Below, piece after piece: positions 1 to 14,429 of a stretch of DNA of 64,000 nucleotides. The stretch comes from Podarcis bocagei. Its lineage: Eukaryota. The notes beneath the pieces are model-generated. The model had not been told where the DNA came from. It did not search any database and saw only the letters and a list, made by a program, of their open reading frames with translations. A program made the position numbers and the translations under genes. The stretch is taken from assembly GCA_964188305.1 (NCBI GenBank), contig OZ076887.1. One strand, given 5' to 3'. Numbering within the stretch: position 1 is the first letter of the stretch; every line of letters begins with the position of its first letter.

Positions 1-686
1 GTCAGTTGTGGACCCTGGAGTGTTAAAGCGCATGGATAAAAATGAAGAAGAAAACATGCAGCCCTTGCTTTCTCTTGACTAACAATGTCTGAGCATCGAA
101 CATGAATTGGGGTGGAAGGTATTGCCTTTCGGCAACAAGCAAACCATTGGGAGGAGAATGTGTACCAGCCGGAATCCTATTTTTCATGTTAATGTAGCAT
201 AACATAATGAGGCAGCAGGTTTTGCCAGTCAGCCTGGAACATGCGAGCCCTGGGCTGGAAAACAGGGTGGAAAGGAAGAAGATGAAAAGGAGCAAATATC
301 AATAATATATTCTGTTAAGTGCCAACCTGTTTGTAAATAGAGTCTATTCCTTCTCTCTGCATTTGTAAGTAATGGTAGGGATGTAGTACAGGAAAGGGGG
401 AAAAAAGAGTGGCTATTAAAACATGCCAGTTGAATGCACTGTAAAAGAACAAAAAGCACTCTGAGAAAAAAGAAAGAAATCAGACCTAAGTAACATTCAT
501 CCTTTTTATACAAAGCCATATTACACCTTTCATATGGACTGCTTTATTCTGTTCAAACATTTTTTTCTTTAAACGAGAAGATATAGGGTCCTGTAGACAT
601 CATTGTAACTGGTGTGATGTTACCTGTCAATCAGATTGTATTTCACAGACATTGCTGAGATTCATGATGGAAACTAGAAACCATAT

Positions 687-703
687 GAGAGAGAGAGAGA
701 GAG

Positions 704-758
<55 letters not shown>
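687..758. repeat. Compound microsatellite (GA)n(GAAA)n
   Basis: Direct reading of the sequence. Confidence 0.95.
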
Positions 759-2819
759 AGGTATAGACACAGGGAGCCAAGCACCTTTCTTTGGCATATA
801 AGACAACTGGTTTTTAATCTTTTAATACTAAGTTTGGGGTTTTGAGACCCATTTGGGTCCTGAGCATAAGGTGGGTCTCAAAGAAAGCATCTGCCTCTTA
901 TCCAGTCCCCATTTGAGAACTTGAATCCTTGACTGGATCATTTGTAGTAATGCTCAGCATTCCACACATAATACTCAGCAGCAACAGATTGATGCATTTC
1001 TAAACCTTACAAAACTGAAGTCTGAATACATATCTATATATTTTTACCACTCTCTACATATAAAGTGTCATTGGTAGATAAGTATATGTAATCAAGGATT
1101 TATAAAAACAAATCATACCTATTTGGTGTGCTTAGAGTTTATTATAGATTGTATATTAAGACAATGTCATCGTTAACATAGTAAAAAATTAAGTACCGCA
1201 TCCTACTTTGAGCAAGATTTAATTGTTAAAAGTACGGTGTAGTACAATACCATGCTAAGGCCATCTTTTGTTTGTGATGTAATTGTGTAGATGAAACATG
1301 TGCCATATTAGACAGAAAATACATTTTTACCTCAAAAGACTAAACAGTCCCTAAAGTGGACTGAACACGGTCAGCTGTAGTTTAGGGGTATATATTCATC
1401 TTTGATGTGTGCTGATATGCTTGTGTATTTTCGCCGTACATCAAGACAAGAATGTACCCTACAACTATACAGATCTCTGTCATCAGAATTTAATATGCCA
1501 CTTGAACAGGAATGACAAGATCTCTTTCTCGCAAAAAAAACCAAAACGTTACTACTGAACTCTTAAGGGCTCTGAAGAAATATATTGGAATTAATTATTG
1601 GATATTTAAGATGCCTAAGATCAGGCTTAATGCTGCGACAGATTGTGTTCCTATTGAAAATCTTCAGTTTCAAGACAGTAGAATGACTTGTTTGTTTTAA
1701 ATCACCTCCATACCATTCAGAGAAAACCTTCAGATAATTTTTGGGAAAGAGGAATTAAAATACATTCTGCCTGTACTGTCTTTGTGTAATTCAGATACTC
1801 TGTTGAGACACCATATGCATGTCTGCTATCATTGATTTCCACTGCAAGCCACTGTAGTGCTAAAATGATGTGAGGCTGTAGTGTATTCTAGACCACTTAA
1901 TGCACTGCTGGATGCTCAGTTAAGAGATTCTTATTTGGCTTAATTTTACTTTTCCTTATTTAAACTATGACAATAGTGTTCTTTGCAGGCTAGAGCATTA
2001 TGCTTGGTTACATTATTGAAGCATTCATCATCCTAATAACATGGTAAATAAGCAACCTATCTATTAAGCAGGGAAACCTTCATGGTGGGAACACTATGAT
2101 GAATGCATTAACCAAAATGGATCTGTTTTTGACAGGAATGGCTTGTAGTTAACAATACCTATGCTTATCACATCCAGAGATCTTAAGTTGAAGGCTGTGG
2201 TCTTAAAATAATGACTGCCTATTGTATGATATCAATTGCCCTTGGGCCACCTCATTGAATAAACACTTAACAGGCAGCCATGGTCAATCTAGGCTATCTA
2301 GCATATGTGCCAGGACCAGCAACTGTATCTGGTTTGACCCTTGGTGGTAAGTAAGCAGCCTAACTTATCACAAGACTGCAGCCTCAGAGTTTTCCTAGAA
2401 ATACAGCTGCAGCACCTTTAGCAACATCAGCAGTAAGAACATTGCATGTCTCTCCATGGGGCTCTACATCAGTTCCCATGGAGTAATTTGATTAGATATG
2501 TGTTCTTTCTCAATTGAAGCTTGGGTCTCTAACTTTAGAAGTTTCCTGTATAGCACTAATACCTTTTTGCATGGCTCCATAGGAATGAGCAAGCTGTTGA
2601 ATGATTGGAATCCTTATGCTTCCAAACTGATAAGAGTTAGACAATTTGGAACAGAAAACATGCTAGGCAAAATGAAATGGTAATTTGTTCTTAGCTCTAT
2701 AGTGGATAAGCTTAACTGCAGGTGCAGACATTTGTAGCAGTGCCAGACAAGAGGACTCTGTCTTGGTGCAGCACACAAAAAAAGAGTCTGGTGTTGAAAA
2801 GAAAAATGAAACACACCTG

Positions 2820-3190
2820 TAGTTGGCACCTGTCTGTCTTGGGAGACAATGGACGAGGGTTCCTTTACTGGTGAGATCAAACTGTTGGCAGGTTGCAACA
2901 CTTACTGTGGCTGTAGAGACTGATGCGGGAGAGACATTCTCTGTTGCAGCTGGGGCAGATGGTGAGATCCAGTTGTTCTGTTGCAGATGCACCATGGTGT
3001 TTCTTCTCTCTGTGATCCTCCTAGAGATCATTTCTCCTATGCTATGGATACATGACTTGACTGCCTGCCTCCAGGCACTGCAGTCATCTGCAAGGGATTC
3101 CCATAGAGCGGGGTTCATGTTGCCAGACTTCATGTCATGCTCACAGACATCTTTATAGCACAGTGTTGGTCTGCCAATTGGCCTATGGAA
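2820..3190 (-). mobile_element. RTE-clade LINE 3' fragment, degenerate (non-BovB type)
   Basis: Minus-strand translation gives RPTLCYKDVCEHDMKSGNMNPALWESLADDCSAWRQAV, then after a frameshift a CPSCNRECLSRISLYSH zinc-finger-like motif. Both are typical of RTE ORF C-termini. A short 3'UTR follows. Confidence 0.75.
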
Positions 3191-4049
3191 TCCAGTTAAG
3201 AGATCAGCTCACCTATTATGCCATTTCATCAAACCAGATTGGCAGCAACATATAATGCATGGCTCCGAAATTCTATGTGTGAAATGAATAATGGCATTTG
3301 TGGTACATCTTGAACTGTGTTGTGTACATAGATCTGGGTAGGTGGTGAATGAATGATCTTTCTGGTGGTTAGAGTCGGGAGATGTTGTGTCATATGGTAT
3401 GTTAGTCGCTCCGAAGTCTTAAGATTTGAGATCTGCCAAATACATACAAGTTGATAGAGATAGGAAGCTCCAGGAGCTCTGGAATTATGCTACAGTCAGT
3501 TTCTCATTGTACAATAATATCCTGGCTGAGGCAGTAGGGAAAGAGCTAAGCAAAGGCTTTGTTGAGTGGGAGAGCCTGCTCACTTCATTATGGGCTACAG
3601 GAGCTATCCTTTCAGGACCATATGCATATCAGGGCACCATCTGTTTCCCTATAAATCCTTGTTCTCTGGCAAAAAGCTTTTATTCAGAAAGCCGAGGGTT
3701 TTTCTGAGGGGGGGGGGGATAAATGAATTCCAGCCTCAAATACTGTGTTTTGTATCACTAGGGCCTGTCCCCATGATTCCTTCCATATATATGCTGTCAT
3801 GAAATGGATTATAGGTGGGTCTATTTCATAGGTTGAATCACTCTCATTTAGAGCAATAAAAAGACATTTTTTCTTGCAGTGTCAGAACTAATTTGCCCAG
3901 AGTTAACATGCTCCATATTTAAGCTTCAGTCAAGTCAGTGGTGCTTAAGCCACAGTTGACAGTTTCTGAATGTACACAGACAGAACTGCTGCTGGTGTGA
4001 CTGAGCATAGCTTTATTAATTCCACTTTACAAAAGCTGAATTTCATTAA

Positions 4050-4180
4050 GGCTGTTATCCTGGCCTCACTTACCTGGGAATAAACCCAGCTGAATTCAAT
4101 AGGATTTACCTCTGAGTAGTCATGGTTAGAATTGCGGTGTAACTGACTTTTAACAGCACAATCCCATCCAGGTGTACTCA
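4050..4180. mobile_element. Short imperfect-palindromic dispersed repeat (MITE-like, CAATCC...GGATTG family), probably two adjacent pieces
   Basis: Similar to copies at about 6701, 13811, 43066 and 55187, sharing a core like AGTAAGYCCCRYTGARYTCAATGGGRCTTACT. Confidence 0.55.
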
Positions 4181-4939
4181 TTGGATATTGGGTATAGAAA
4201 GTGGGTATAGGTTGGCATTTCTAAAGGTTCTTATTTTTGCAATCTTCATGAAACTTCATAAAGGAAAAATCAATCTTACCTCATGAAACCTCTGTATACT
4301 AAGTGGTTCATTTTATTTTTATTTTTGCATTTGAATTCTTGTCTCTATGTGCAGTTTCTGAAATGCATCCCGATGTCTAATTCAGCTATTGCTGTAATGA
4401 ACACTCAGATAGTCCTCTCAGGAGGTAACACCATGGTTTTACATAATTCAACCTCCATATTTTGCTGAAAATAAACTGATATGTTCCAAAGGAAGTACTC
4501 TTGCTGTACAAAATCGGGTCTTCAGAGAGCACCAGCAGATTCTAGGCGCACTGTATGTCCCATAGCCACAAATTAATTCAGCAGCAGATTTTCAGAGGTG
4601 GGTGAGGGAAATTAATAGCTTATTCCTAAGCAGGCTTCCTCCTTTTATGAATCCAAGAAGGCTTATGATGCCAGTAGGAAAAGTCTTTTAAATGAGAAAG
4701 CCAGCCCCTTTGATAGCGGTGATCTAAAGGAATATAGGACATGATAAAATCTTACTCAATTGAGCCATCCTTGGGTACAACCTCAGAAGCAGTTTAGGAA
4801 CCTCCTGTCTCTATTTTACATGTTTGCCTGAATTATAAACTAAAACATACTGAGAGCTAGATCCTTGGCAAAGTGATTGTTTTGAATATCACATCACGGA
4901 GCAGCCATGGTCTGGAGGTTCAACACCTAAATCTCACAT

Positions 4940-5420
4940 AAGAACACATGCTGCACATTTTTGTTACAGGACCAGCAATTTCACATTTGAGAGAACTCTT
5001 GGGGGGATTCCACACTGACCCAGTGAGTTGTTCATTTTATTTCTTAGTAAAGCCTACGACTTCATCTTTTGTCACCACTGCCTCAGATGCTGACTCCCTT
5101 CTCGAGAAAGTTAGTTCAGGCACAGGGATGTGCCTTACATCTCCCACAGTTAAAACAGATGCAAACAATTCATTCAGATTCTCTATGATTTCCTTTTCCT
5201 ATTTTAGCAGGCCTTTGACTCCTTTGCTGTCTAAACATCCAATTACCTCTCTGCTCCTGGTGTTTTTCTTCTTGGGGATTGTTGGGTTTAGCATTTTCAA
5301 CATCATGCTTCTTAAATTATTATTTTCCTTCCATCCATTATTGTCTACTTGCATTTCTTTTGCCAAAGTTTGCATTCCTTTTTGTTCTCATTTCGACAAC
5401 ATTTCCATTTTACTTCCTTG
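4940..5420 (-). mobile_element. CR1 LINE ORF2 fragment, degenerate
   Basis: Minus strand reads VIGCLDSKGVKGLLK*EKEIIENLNELFASVLTVGDV...PELTFS, then a decayed GIHPRVL-like motif. This matches the CR1 linker between EN and RT. Confidence 0.7.
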
Positions 5421-6700
5421 ACTGCTTGTTACCCATTCTGGCATCCTCTTGGTCTTGGTGGTACCTTTTCCAGTTCTAGCTAAGCTTCTATTATTGTGGT
5501 TTTTAATAACCCCAAGCATTCTGGAGAGAATGGTAGATTTCTGCCCCTCAGGGCACAGCTGGGACCTCTGCCATGGCAATGATTCCACCCCCGCAGTGGT
5601 GGTCCCCAGCAGATATGCAAATGTGCCATCCTGCCGCCACACCCTCCATCAACATTGGTCACCACCAATATGTGGGTGGCAGCTGTGTTAGGGACTGTAG
5701 CTCTATTGGGTTGTGACTGTTAAATCTCAGTGCAAATCATGACTTCGTTGCCATTGTTTTTATTACCACATCTAGTTTATGTGTAGCAAAGGGTTTACTA
5801 AACCCCTTGAAACAAGGTCACATTTCAGCCTAAGTTAAGTACATGCTTACTGTCCTGAATGAAATATCTGAATTTTGACTGGCTCATGCCAAATCTCAGT
5901 AAAAACAGGCTTCTAAGAATACCTTTTGGTTTGTTGCCATCAACAGGCTTCTAAGATTTGTTAGAAGATTATGAGACCAGAGGCAGAAACTACAGCCAGC
6001 AGTTTTGTGGTTTTATTTTGGATTAGATGCTTGATAGCAACTGATATGGCATTAACATGGATGACAATATTAAGCATAAGTATGTTAACATGAAATCAAG
6101 CTAATGAGATGTCATTTCTTTTAAAGCTTTGAGATGTACTGTAAAGTGCCATATTAATGTGTATAGTAGTGCCTGTTAGATATGTAAAGATGCACAAAGC
6201 ATTGCTTATCATATTGTGCTGGCATTATATCAAGATTTTTGTTGTTGTTTGTGTCACCGTTCTTCAGGTGAAAAATAGAAACTGAGGCCTATGCATGCAG
6301 ATTTCAGATCTGTATTCTTTGCCAATTAATGTTTGAGGCTGGTGGAAAAAATCAAGCTGGTAACTTCCCAATTCTTTTCCTGAAATTGCTCCACGTGGTC
6401 CGATTGAGAATTAACAACACCCTAGAAAATTGTAGGAAACATTAATCATTGGCCCATCACATAAGGATGGTGGAAACGTCATCACAAAAAAGGGAAAATG
6501 CACCTCAGGGTAACTGTTCTGTCGAAAAATGGTGCAAATCAGGCAAATGTTTTCACAGAGGAAATGTTGGATGACTTGTCCATACTCTTAGTTGAGCACT
6601 GCTAGTCTGTAGTGATTAGAAGATTACTAATAGCACTGGCATTTGTGCTATTTTTATATACACATCTAACATTATGTCTTTTGGTCTCTGTGTGATGTGC

Positions 6701-6792
6701 AGCACAATCCTTCATATACCTTACTAAAAAGTAAGCTTCGTTGAACTCAATGGGGCTTACTCTCCCAAGTTAGTGGATATGGGATTGCAGTC
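6701..6792. mobile_element. Short palindromic MITE-like repeat copy
   Basis: GCACAATCC...GGATTGCAG inverted ends with the shared internal core. Confidence 0.6.
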
Positions 6793-9700
6793 AGAAGCAC
6801 CTTTCAGTCACTCTCTTTTGTGTTTTATGTCTGTGCTACCTGTTCATGTGACATTTTTGACTAGGATGGGGTTAAGAATGGAAAGCGAATGATGCCAACA
6901 ATTTACAATGGTTTTGTGTAGACCATATTGCAGCCAAATTACCTAGAGCTGTACATGCTGGATTTGAAAGAGAAAGAATCATCTTTTTTTAAAAAGGAAA
7001 CACTGGATGGTTAATTCAGAGAGGGAAATGGAACTGATTATTTTCCAGTGTTATTAAAAGCCAGCCAGTTTTCAGATGAGGCAGCGACCACATTCCCATG
7101 TTCGTTTTTGACGAGAAAGTTACCACATAATGACATTACCTTTTCAATTTCACCTGGTGACTGTTCTTATAAAATGCACCTCCACATGATGCCAGGTGGT
7201 ATTTATCACATTAGGAAATGCTTGAGGCCTGCCAGGTGCCCCGAGGCGATATTAAATAGCAGGCACATTTATAAGAATGACCCTCCCTATGAAACTGACA
7301 GGGTAAAATTGTATTGTGATTGAATCTGGGAATTGGACCAAATCCATGTTCCTAATGAGAGTTCTGCTGAGAGAGATCTTTTTTCTTGTTCACTGTACTG
7401 ACTGGGAAGAACGTATATTTATTGTACTACATTTGTGCCAAAACTGATCAGTATTAAGTACATGGAATAGAATGTTTCATATTCATTTATTCGCGCAAGA
7501 CTCTTTGAAAAGTTGTAACAAACCTTTTCACTGTTTATATAAACAATATATATTTGAACAAAAATAAACAACTGAAGCTAATTAGTAAGGATGGCTTCAA
7601 TTTTGTCAAAATAAAGCTTTGATGAAAAAAATGGCTCAGGACATCTTGATTTTGTCTTAATTTTCATGGCTTTTTCCTTTTCTGACAGTACTGAGAATCA
7701 ACAGTTTTAAGAAAAAGTAGTAACCTTCTGATATGTTGTTTAGATGATATTAAATATAAACATCAGCAAATTTTTGAATTATTTTTGATCCAAACTCAAT
7801 TTTTTGACTGGACCTTATTATATTTTAAAAAGTTGTTTGCATATCATAAATCTGAATTGCCTTCCTTCTAGAAGGAGCTCAGGGCAATGTACAATAAAAA
7901 TCCCACAAGAACAGAAGAACATATCAAATGAACAAACCATATACAAATAACTATACATTCCCTGGAGAAAGGGGAAAGAAGGCAGCATGTGATGTGCAAA
8001 AGGAAGAAGAGATTTGGGGGCTTAAAAAAAAATACTGTAGTGTTCTGCCTTGTCTGGGAACTATAGAACGAACTCTGCCTCCCTAGAAGGTGAAGCTATG
8101 GCAAACCTGTTGCTGTCTGTTGTCTTTGAGGATGGCTTTGCTGGATCAAATCAGAGTCCACCTGGTCAAGCATTCACAGAGCACATTGGAAATAAATACC
8201 GTCTTCAGTTGTGTGTCTCCAGCCACTCTTAATCAGAAATGTACTGCCTTTGAACACAGAAGCCCCGTTCTGATTTATTATGGCTAACATAATTTGTTTC
8301 ATTGATTGCCCCAGAGCTCTAATGTTTTGACAGATAGATAATAATATCTCTCTATTAGCTCTTTGCACAATTCAATTTTTTTTAACCACTATGTTTAGTT
8401 GGCCTGATCCACTGGGGCTCTTACGTTCTTAATCCAAGACACATTTTTCTCCATCCTTAATACAGTCACATGCTTAGCTGACTGCTTTAAGAATGTTGCT
8501 GATGCTATATCTGAATTCCTCTTTCCTTTAGGCAGGCAAACATTTAATTACATCCTCTTTACAACACTCATGTTTACATATCAAAAGCATAAAGGTTGCC
8601 TATTTTACATCATGGATGTAGTGATATCCTAAATTAATTAGCTACAAAAGCATTTCTAGCTTCAGAATTCATTTGATGTTCTCTCCAAGGATGAACCTCC
8701 TACCTACTTGCTGCATTAAAAATAATAAAACTAGAACTTAATAATAATGTTTCATTTAAAATATGAATTTACACTTCTGAGAGACAGGACATATCTGCAG
8801 AACACAAGCTTAGGGCAAAAGTAGATGCGCAAAACATGAAATGTAAATAAATAGCACTCAGGTTTGGGGTTCAACATTCCTGAGTTTTGAAGGAGGTGAG
8901 AGGAAGAAAAGGGGATGAAACCTTAGCCTTGGAGTAAAGTGTGATCTTTCTCCCCTCTGGTTATCTCCCTCCCTCCCCTCCTTCTTGACAAGGTGTCTGA
9001 ATGGGTTAACACACTGTGTACTAGATCTAGTGGCTTCCTCGGGTGCCTTGAAATCTGTGAGGGAATGGGGGGCCTTAAACTCTTTCCCTTTATTCAATCC
9101 ACTCACCTGTCTTTGCCACCATTGCACACATCTTCTGTTACGCCTTTGGTAAGATTCTTTCCAGATCAAGTGTTGAATTCCCACTGTGATGCCCGAGTTC
9201 CCTGTTCTAGAACTCAAGGCAATCTGTACTTGCATAGGACTTTATCACTTTTGCCTGTTTCCTTGGGCAGTCTAGTTCAACAGCACCCTAAAGGCTCCAG
9301 CTGGAAATTCCCCCCGGATGTTAATTCTGCCTTTGAAATCTCAAATTCAAGCAAATTTCATTGTATTGCCTCATCTGCTGTTACTCCACAGCTTCTTGGT
9401 TGCAGTACTGCTCTACAGCCAGCTATGACGGTTGCTCCTGAACTTAATTCCAAAGCCAGTAGGTGGAAGAGAATTAACAGTTGCCATGGTTTATTTCAAT
9501 TTTATTGGGCATTGTGTGTGTGTGTGTTCCCCAGCAAATGATGAGTCACCATGGAAAGAGTTCATTGCAGGTTGAAAGTTGGAAAGCGATCAATTTATAC
9601 TGGAGCATATTTCTGTTCCTGAGTGTTGTGGTGGATCACAATGTCTTGCTGCTGCACTGAATTTGAAAGATGCATTATGGCAGCAATTACAGCACATGGC

Positions 9701-11032
9701 AAGACAATTTTGTCAGGAAGCATGATGAGGTTTCTGGGATGGGGCCATCTAAGGTTAATGAAGAAGAAATAGATGGTGTCGCTAGCAGTTAAGAGGCAAT
9801 TCGAAAAACGTGCCGGTGACACTGATGGGAGAGAGAAAACCACAAGGTGGAAAAGTCACGTATAGAACTGGGATGGAGGTCCACAGGCAAATACAGCCCT
9901 CGGGGCAGGCCATGCCCCACTCCCAAGCTCCACCTCTCTCTGCCCCTCCTCCAATCTCTCCTTGAGAGCTTTTGTAAGTCTGGAACATGTCCTTGAACAG
10001 TGGCAACGCTCCTCCTTGCCTGGCTGGAGAGGTGCAGAAACCTTTGGTTGTTGTGGGGATGGAATGTAGCCTACAGTACAAAGGAAAGAGCCACAAGCAC
10101 TTTAGCTTCTGACCCTGCTAACCTTTGCCTCTGACCAAGCTCTGCATTGTGTTGGGAAAGTAGCAGACATTTCTGGTGCTGATCCCGCACTGTGCTGAGC
10201 TCCCAGCTGCATTGAAACCCCCCTGCCTTGGTAACTTGCAGGAGGGCAATGCAGTCCCACCTGCATCACACTGCTAGCTGCTATTAGCTACCATCAAACA
10301 TGGACAGATAATAAGCCCTCCTCTTCCCTTTTTAATGAGAAGCAGCAATCAGGTAAGAACCATAAGATTCAAGTGTGGTTTCCTTTCGCTGATTTCTCTT
10401 GCCGCACCATAAATGTATCCTTCCTCATGTCACATATGAGGAATGGAGGGTGGCTTGCACATCCGTTGAACTCATTAACTGGCTTGAAAAGCTGAACACA
10501 AAATGCTAAGCCCCGTGGCAGTGTGTTATAATTGTGCTTTCCCACTGGGAACAGAGTTTAACACTTTGGGGCAGTCTGGCAGAGAGCCAGGGTGTTCTCT
10601 AACGAGGATGGTCAGAAATGAGTTACAAAAGAGAATAGAGGAGTCCCCAAAGATAATAGCTGAATAATATGAATCCAGCCATGACCTACCTGTGAATGTG
10701 TTAACTACCATAATAAATCTCCACCTATAGAACCACCTGGATAAAAGCAGGGAGTTTTTTCCAGCTCTGCAAAACCTCCCTTTCTAATAAGCTGCCTGCA
10801 AAGGTTGGAAATAAAAGAGCTGCAGTGGTCCACTTCCACCTACCACTATGGCTGAAAGCTTCCAAACATTTCTCAGAGAAGCTGGAAGTTCCCAGGTTAA
10901 AAAACAGGAAAACCTAGAAAGGCACTGGAGCCTTTAAACTATTAGAACCCTTTAAACTGGCCATGTTTTAGGTTAGGAGAGGGAAATGTGCAAGTGTACA
11001 AGCACACTTGGATTCAAAGCAAGACCTAGTGT

Positions 11033-11295
11033 CATACCTAGTGCTTTTCTTCTAGGAAAAAAATGGCTGGTGCCCACTATGAAGTTATTACAGTAAGTGC
11101 CACAATTTTAACCCTTGAGTATCTCCAGAAAAAAGCACTGGTCAAACCCTCTAACACATCAAGGCAAAAAACTGAGACACTGTCTTCTGGGGCCACGCTT
11201 TTTTGGGGGTGAGATTGTGGCACCCAAAATGGCCGCTGCCCTCTCACGTGAAAAAACAGGATGTCCCAGTTTTCCCCAGACAGTTGAGGGGTATG
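11033..11295. mobile_element. Degenerate non-autonomous DNA transposon(s), possibly nested
   Basis: CATACC...GGTATG inverted termini; no clear TSD. Confidence 0.35.
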
Positions 11296-11469
11296 CTGTG
11301 TGTGCAAGTCTCAATTCCTTCTTCTCGATTAGCTCTGTTATATTACTATTGACATCAAAGGAAATTTAGCATGCCCTCTTAGAAAGCAGTTTTATCATGG
11401 GCCTATTAAATTTCATTTGAATTCCAAAGTGCTCTTTTACACATACATCACATGGCTTTGTACATACAA

Positions 11470-11610
11470 CATTATATTATCATCCCTATATTGTAGATGG
11501 GAAACTGAAATGGAGAGAGTTGAACTCACTTAGTGAGTTAAAGGCAGGGGCAGGTTCTGAGTGAGAAACTTCTTGTTAACGCAGCTCTGTTGTTTACCCA
11601 CAACACTATG
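11470..11610 (-). mobile_element. Old CORE-SINE (MIR-like) fragment
   Basis: ATTATCATCCCTATATTGTAGATGGGAAACTGA resembles the CORE domain. Confidence 0.5.
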
Positions 11611-13275
11611 TCAGCAGCACTTCTGTAGCCTCACCTCCAACCCCAGTCACCCATGATGCCTAAAAAGGTGTTCCCCAAACTGGGAAGGCTTGTTGAGCAT
11701 AGCAGTATAAGATGGTGCGTTTGGAGAAAGAAGGGTAAGTTCAAAGTGCCTAATCTATTGACAAGATAAAGAGAGGAAAAGGAAACAAAGGTAAGTACCT
11801 AACTTTGTGTTTAGATTTTGTGAGTCACCATAAAATATGTCATAAAGCCACATGATTATTCCTTCGTGCTCATGTAGCAAAAGTATTGGAATACTGAGGA
11901 TTTGGAAACAAGGAAGCAGTGAGGCCATGGATGCCGATATTACATTGTTTTGTGTGTGTTATAGAAAGGCATTCCGCCTCCACATTAGTCCTTTAATTGC
12001 CCTGTTACATTAGGTGCCTCTAAAGCAAGAGCAATGGTCCCACCAAACCTCATAAATATTAATAGTCCAGAAATAACTTTTAGGCTAGTCCCACATGAAT
12101 GGCTATATTATGCAAAAGAACAGCATGCAAGCACAGACAGGCAGACTTGTGGGAGGCGATTAGAATGTACGAGCGGATCTATCCAGACATCTAAATCACA
12201 TTTTCTAAATACCATTATTCATTTCAATTTCGGAGCTAGGATTTTTATGAGATTTATTGTAATTTGACTCCCCAGGTGCTAAAGAATTTAGAATGGCTGT
12301 CAGAAGCTGTATCTTTGGGGAATTGCAATCTCTAAATAACACTGAAGGGAAACGTGTTTCAAAGTAATGGGAATTACATCAAATATTACCTTGGTCCCTG
12401 CACAGCCCAACATTCATTAGCTGAAACAAATGTATTGCTGTGCTGTATTTCCCAAGGGGCCACAGAACCCCCAAAAGTTCTAGCAAATGCAACCCTATGA
12501 AGGTTGGGGGAAGAGGGAGATAGTGGTGGAGAAACTGCCATGCAGGGCTCATACCTGGCAGGATGGGGGGGGGAGAGACCATTCCCACCTCCTCACTGTT
12601 GTTTTTCCCTTTTAGGATATTTTTCTTTCAGTTTGTTCCAGTGGGAGGGGAAATGTCTGAACCAGATACAAGGCTGATGTAGTTTCTGACCCATTCTAGA
12701 GCCAAACTTGCCCCTGATCTGCCTCTGCCCTGGGACACCCAGTTTTGACCCTTAATGAGGGTGTGTCAGCAATGGCAGCAGAGTTTTATTTGATTGCACA
12801 GGGAAGGTATCCAACCACGGATTGCCCTCTCCATCTGCAGAAAAGGAGGTTCACCGTATCCTGCAACCTCTCGGCCACTCTTCATGGGAGCGCAGGATTG
12901 CTCTCTTAGTTGCCTTGTGTCAGAAAACAAGTACTTAGGGAAGGGTGGAGTCAGATTTGCCTCCATGTTAAATCATAGCTGTCAACTTTCCCATTTTCTT
13001 GAGAGGAATCCTATTCGGAATAAGAGAATTTCCTTTAAAAAAAGGGAAACATTGACAGCTATGTGTTAAATAGATACCAAGGTGGAATGTAAAGATCATG
13101 TATGCCTGCCATCACAGCATCATGAGCATAAATCATCATGGAACGCAATAAAAGGGGTGGTTGAAGAGGCCCTTTGACAACCTGCATAGTTAGTAAAGCT
13201 TATTCTTAAGTTATCTGGGTGCTTTAGTTGATAGGCTGAAAATATATAAAGACAGCCAGGGCTTCTGTATCACTA

Positions 13276-13415
13276 ATAGAATCATAGAATCACAGAGATG
13301 GTAGGGACCACAAGAGTCATCTGGTTGCACTGCTGGAATCTTTTGCACCACAAGGGGCTCAAACCCATGACTCTGAGATTAAGAGTTCCGTGCTCTACCG
13401 AGTGAGCTATGAACC
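13276..13415 (-). mobile_element. tRNA-Lys(CTT)-derived SINE with CR1-type 3' tail
   Basis: Minus strand TAGCTCACTCGGTAGAGCACGGAACTCTTAATCTCAGAGTCATGGGTTTGAGCCCC contains A box, anticodon arm and B box. It ends in a (GATTCTAT)n CR1-type tail. Confidence 0.8.
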
Positions 13416-13810
13416 AGCAGTGAATGTTGGTAGCTTCAGCTTCACTGCTGCCTGATAAGCTGGAGCAGCCCAAATATTCTCCTATACATCTACGCAAGGC
13501 AGAGGAACCCAGCCCATATTGGCTGCTGCTTGGTGCTGAGAATATAGGACATGGAGGCAGACACTTGTGCTAAATGGGATCCCAAACTGGTTTGGGTGAG
13601 TTTAAATATCAGAAAGTCCACGACAAAGAACAGACCATAGCAGTTTAGTTGTGCTGCCAATGTCTGTGTGTGATCTTGCATCAAGTTAAGGGGAATTATT
13701 CACTCTCGTCAAGAAGGGGCAAAATATTCTAGAAGCAGTGGTACTGAGTGAGGGCTGGGAAGCCAAGGAACAGAGAAGAAAGGGAAAACCGAATCTCACA
13801 TTTCTACTAA

Positions 13811-13901
13811 CAGTGCAATCCCGTGTAAGTATACATAGTAGTAAATCCCACTGTATTCTATGAAGTTTGTTCCCAAGTAAGTGTGCATAAGATATGGCAG
13901 G
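13811..13901. mobile_element. Short palindromic MITE-like repeat copy, degenerate
   Basis: TGCAATCC start, with AGTAAATCCCACTG and CCCAAGTAAGTGTGCATA segments shared with other copies. Confidence 0.5.
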
Positions 13902-14429
13902 CTACATCTTTGGCAACTGAGCTTCAGTGGATAAATACAGTGTTTGTGCACAAACTGAATTTGAGATAGGCATGGCTCTTTCAGTTACTGGCATGCCTGT
14001 GGCTGCCAAGTCAATATCTTAGGTTAGTGTAAATGTTTGAGTGACAAATACCCATTTGCACATGAATCAAGCATTTACAAAGATCCTGTTCCGAATGACA
14101 TGGAAATATATGCCCTCTGTGTATGTCTTGGCCCTCTGCCCAAAAAAAGTATAGTTTCCTGCTGTGTAGGTACCGAAGTGGAAATGCGTGAGCGTTGTAA
14201 ATATAAAGCTCATGAATACAGGAAAAGGCAATCATAAAATGCATGGGCTTCCACAGTTTATATCAGGTTTATGGTACAAATCAAATATATTTACGGGGCA
14301 ACAGGTTTTATAAAGCTGAATAAAGACAAAAAGTCAACTTGTTCATGTCTGGCATCCTCAAACACTGTAATAAGGATGAAGATAAAGAGGAAACAAATGT
14401 GAGATATATTGAAAAATCAGTACTAGTAG

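Noticed and set aside
8858-9541. Overlapping 125-aa and 182-aa ORFs
   Set aside because: No recognisable domain, composition typical of non-coding DNA, and no exon structure.
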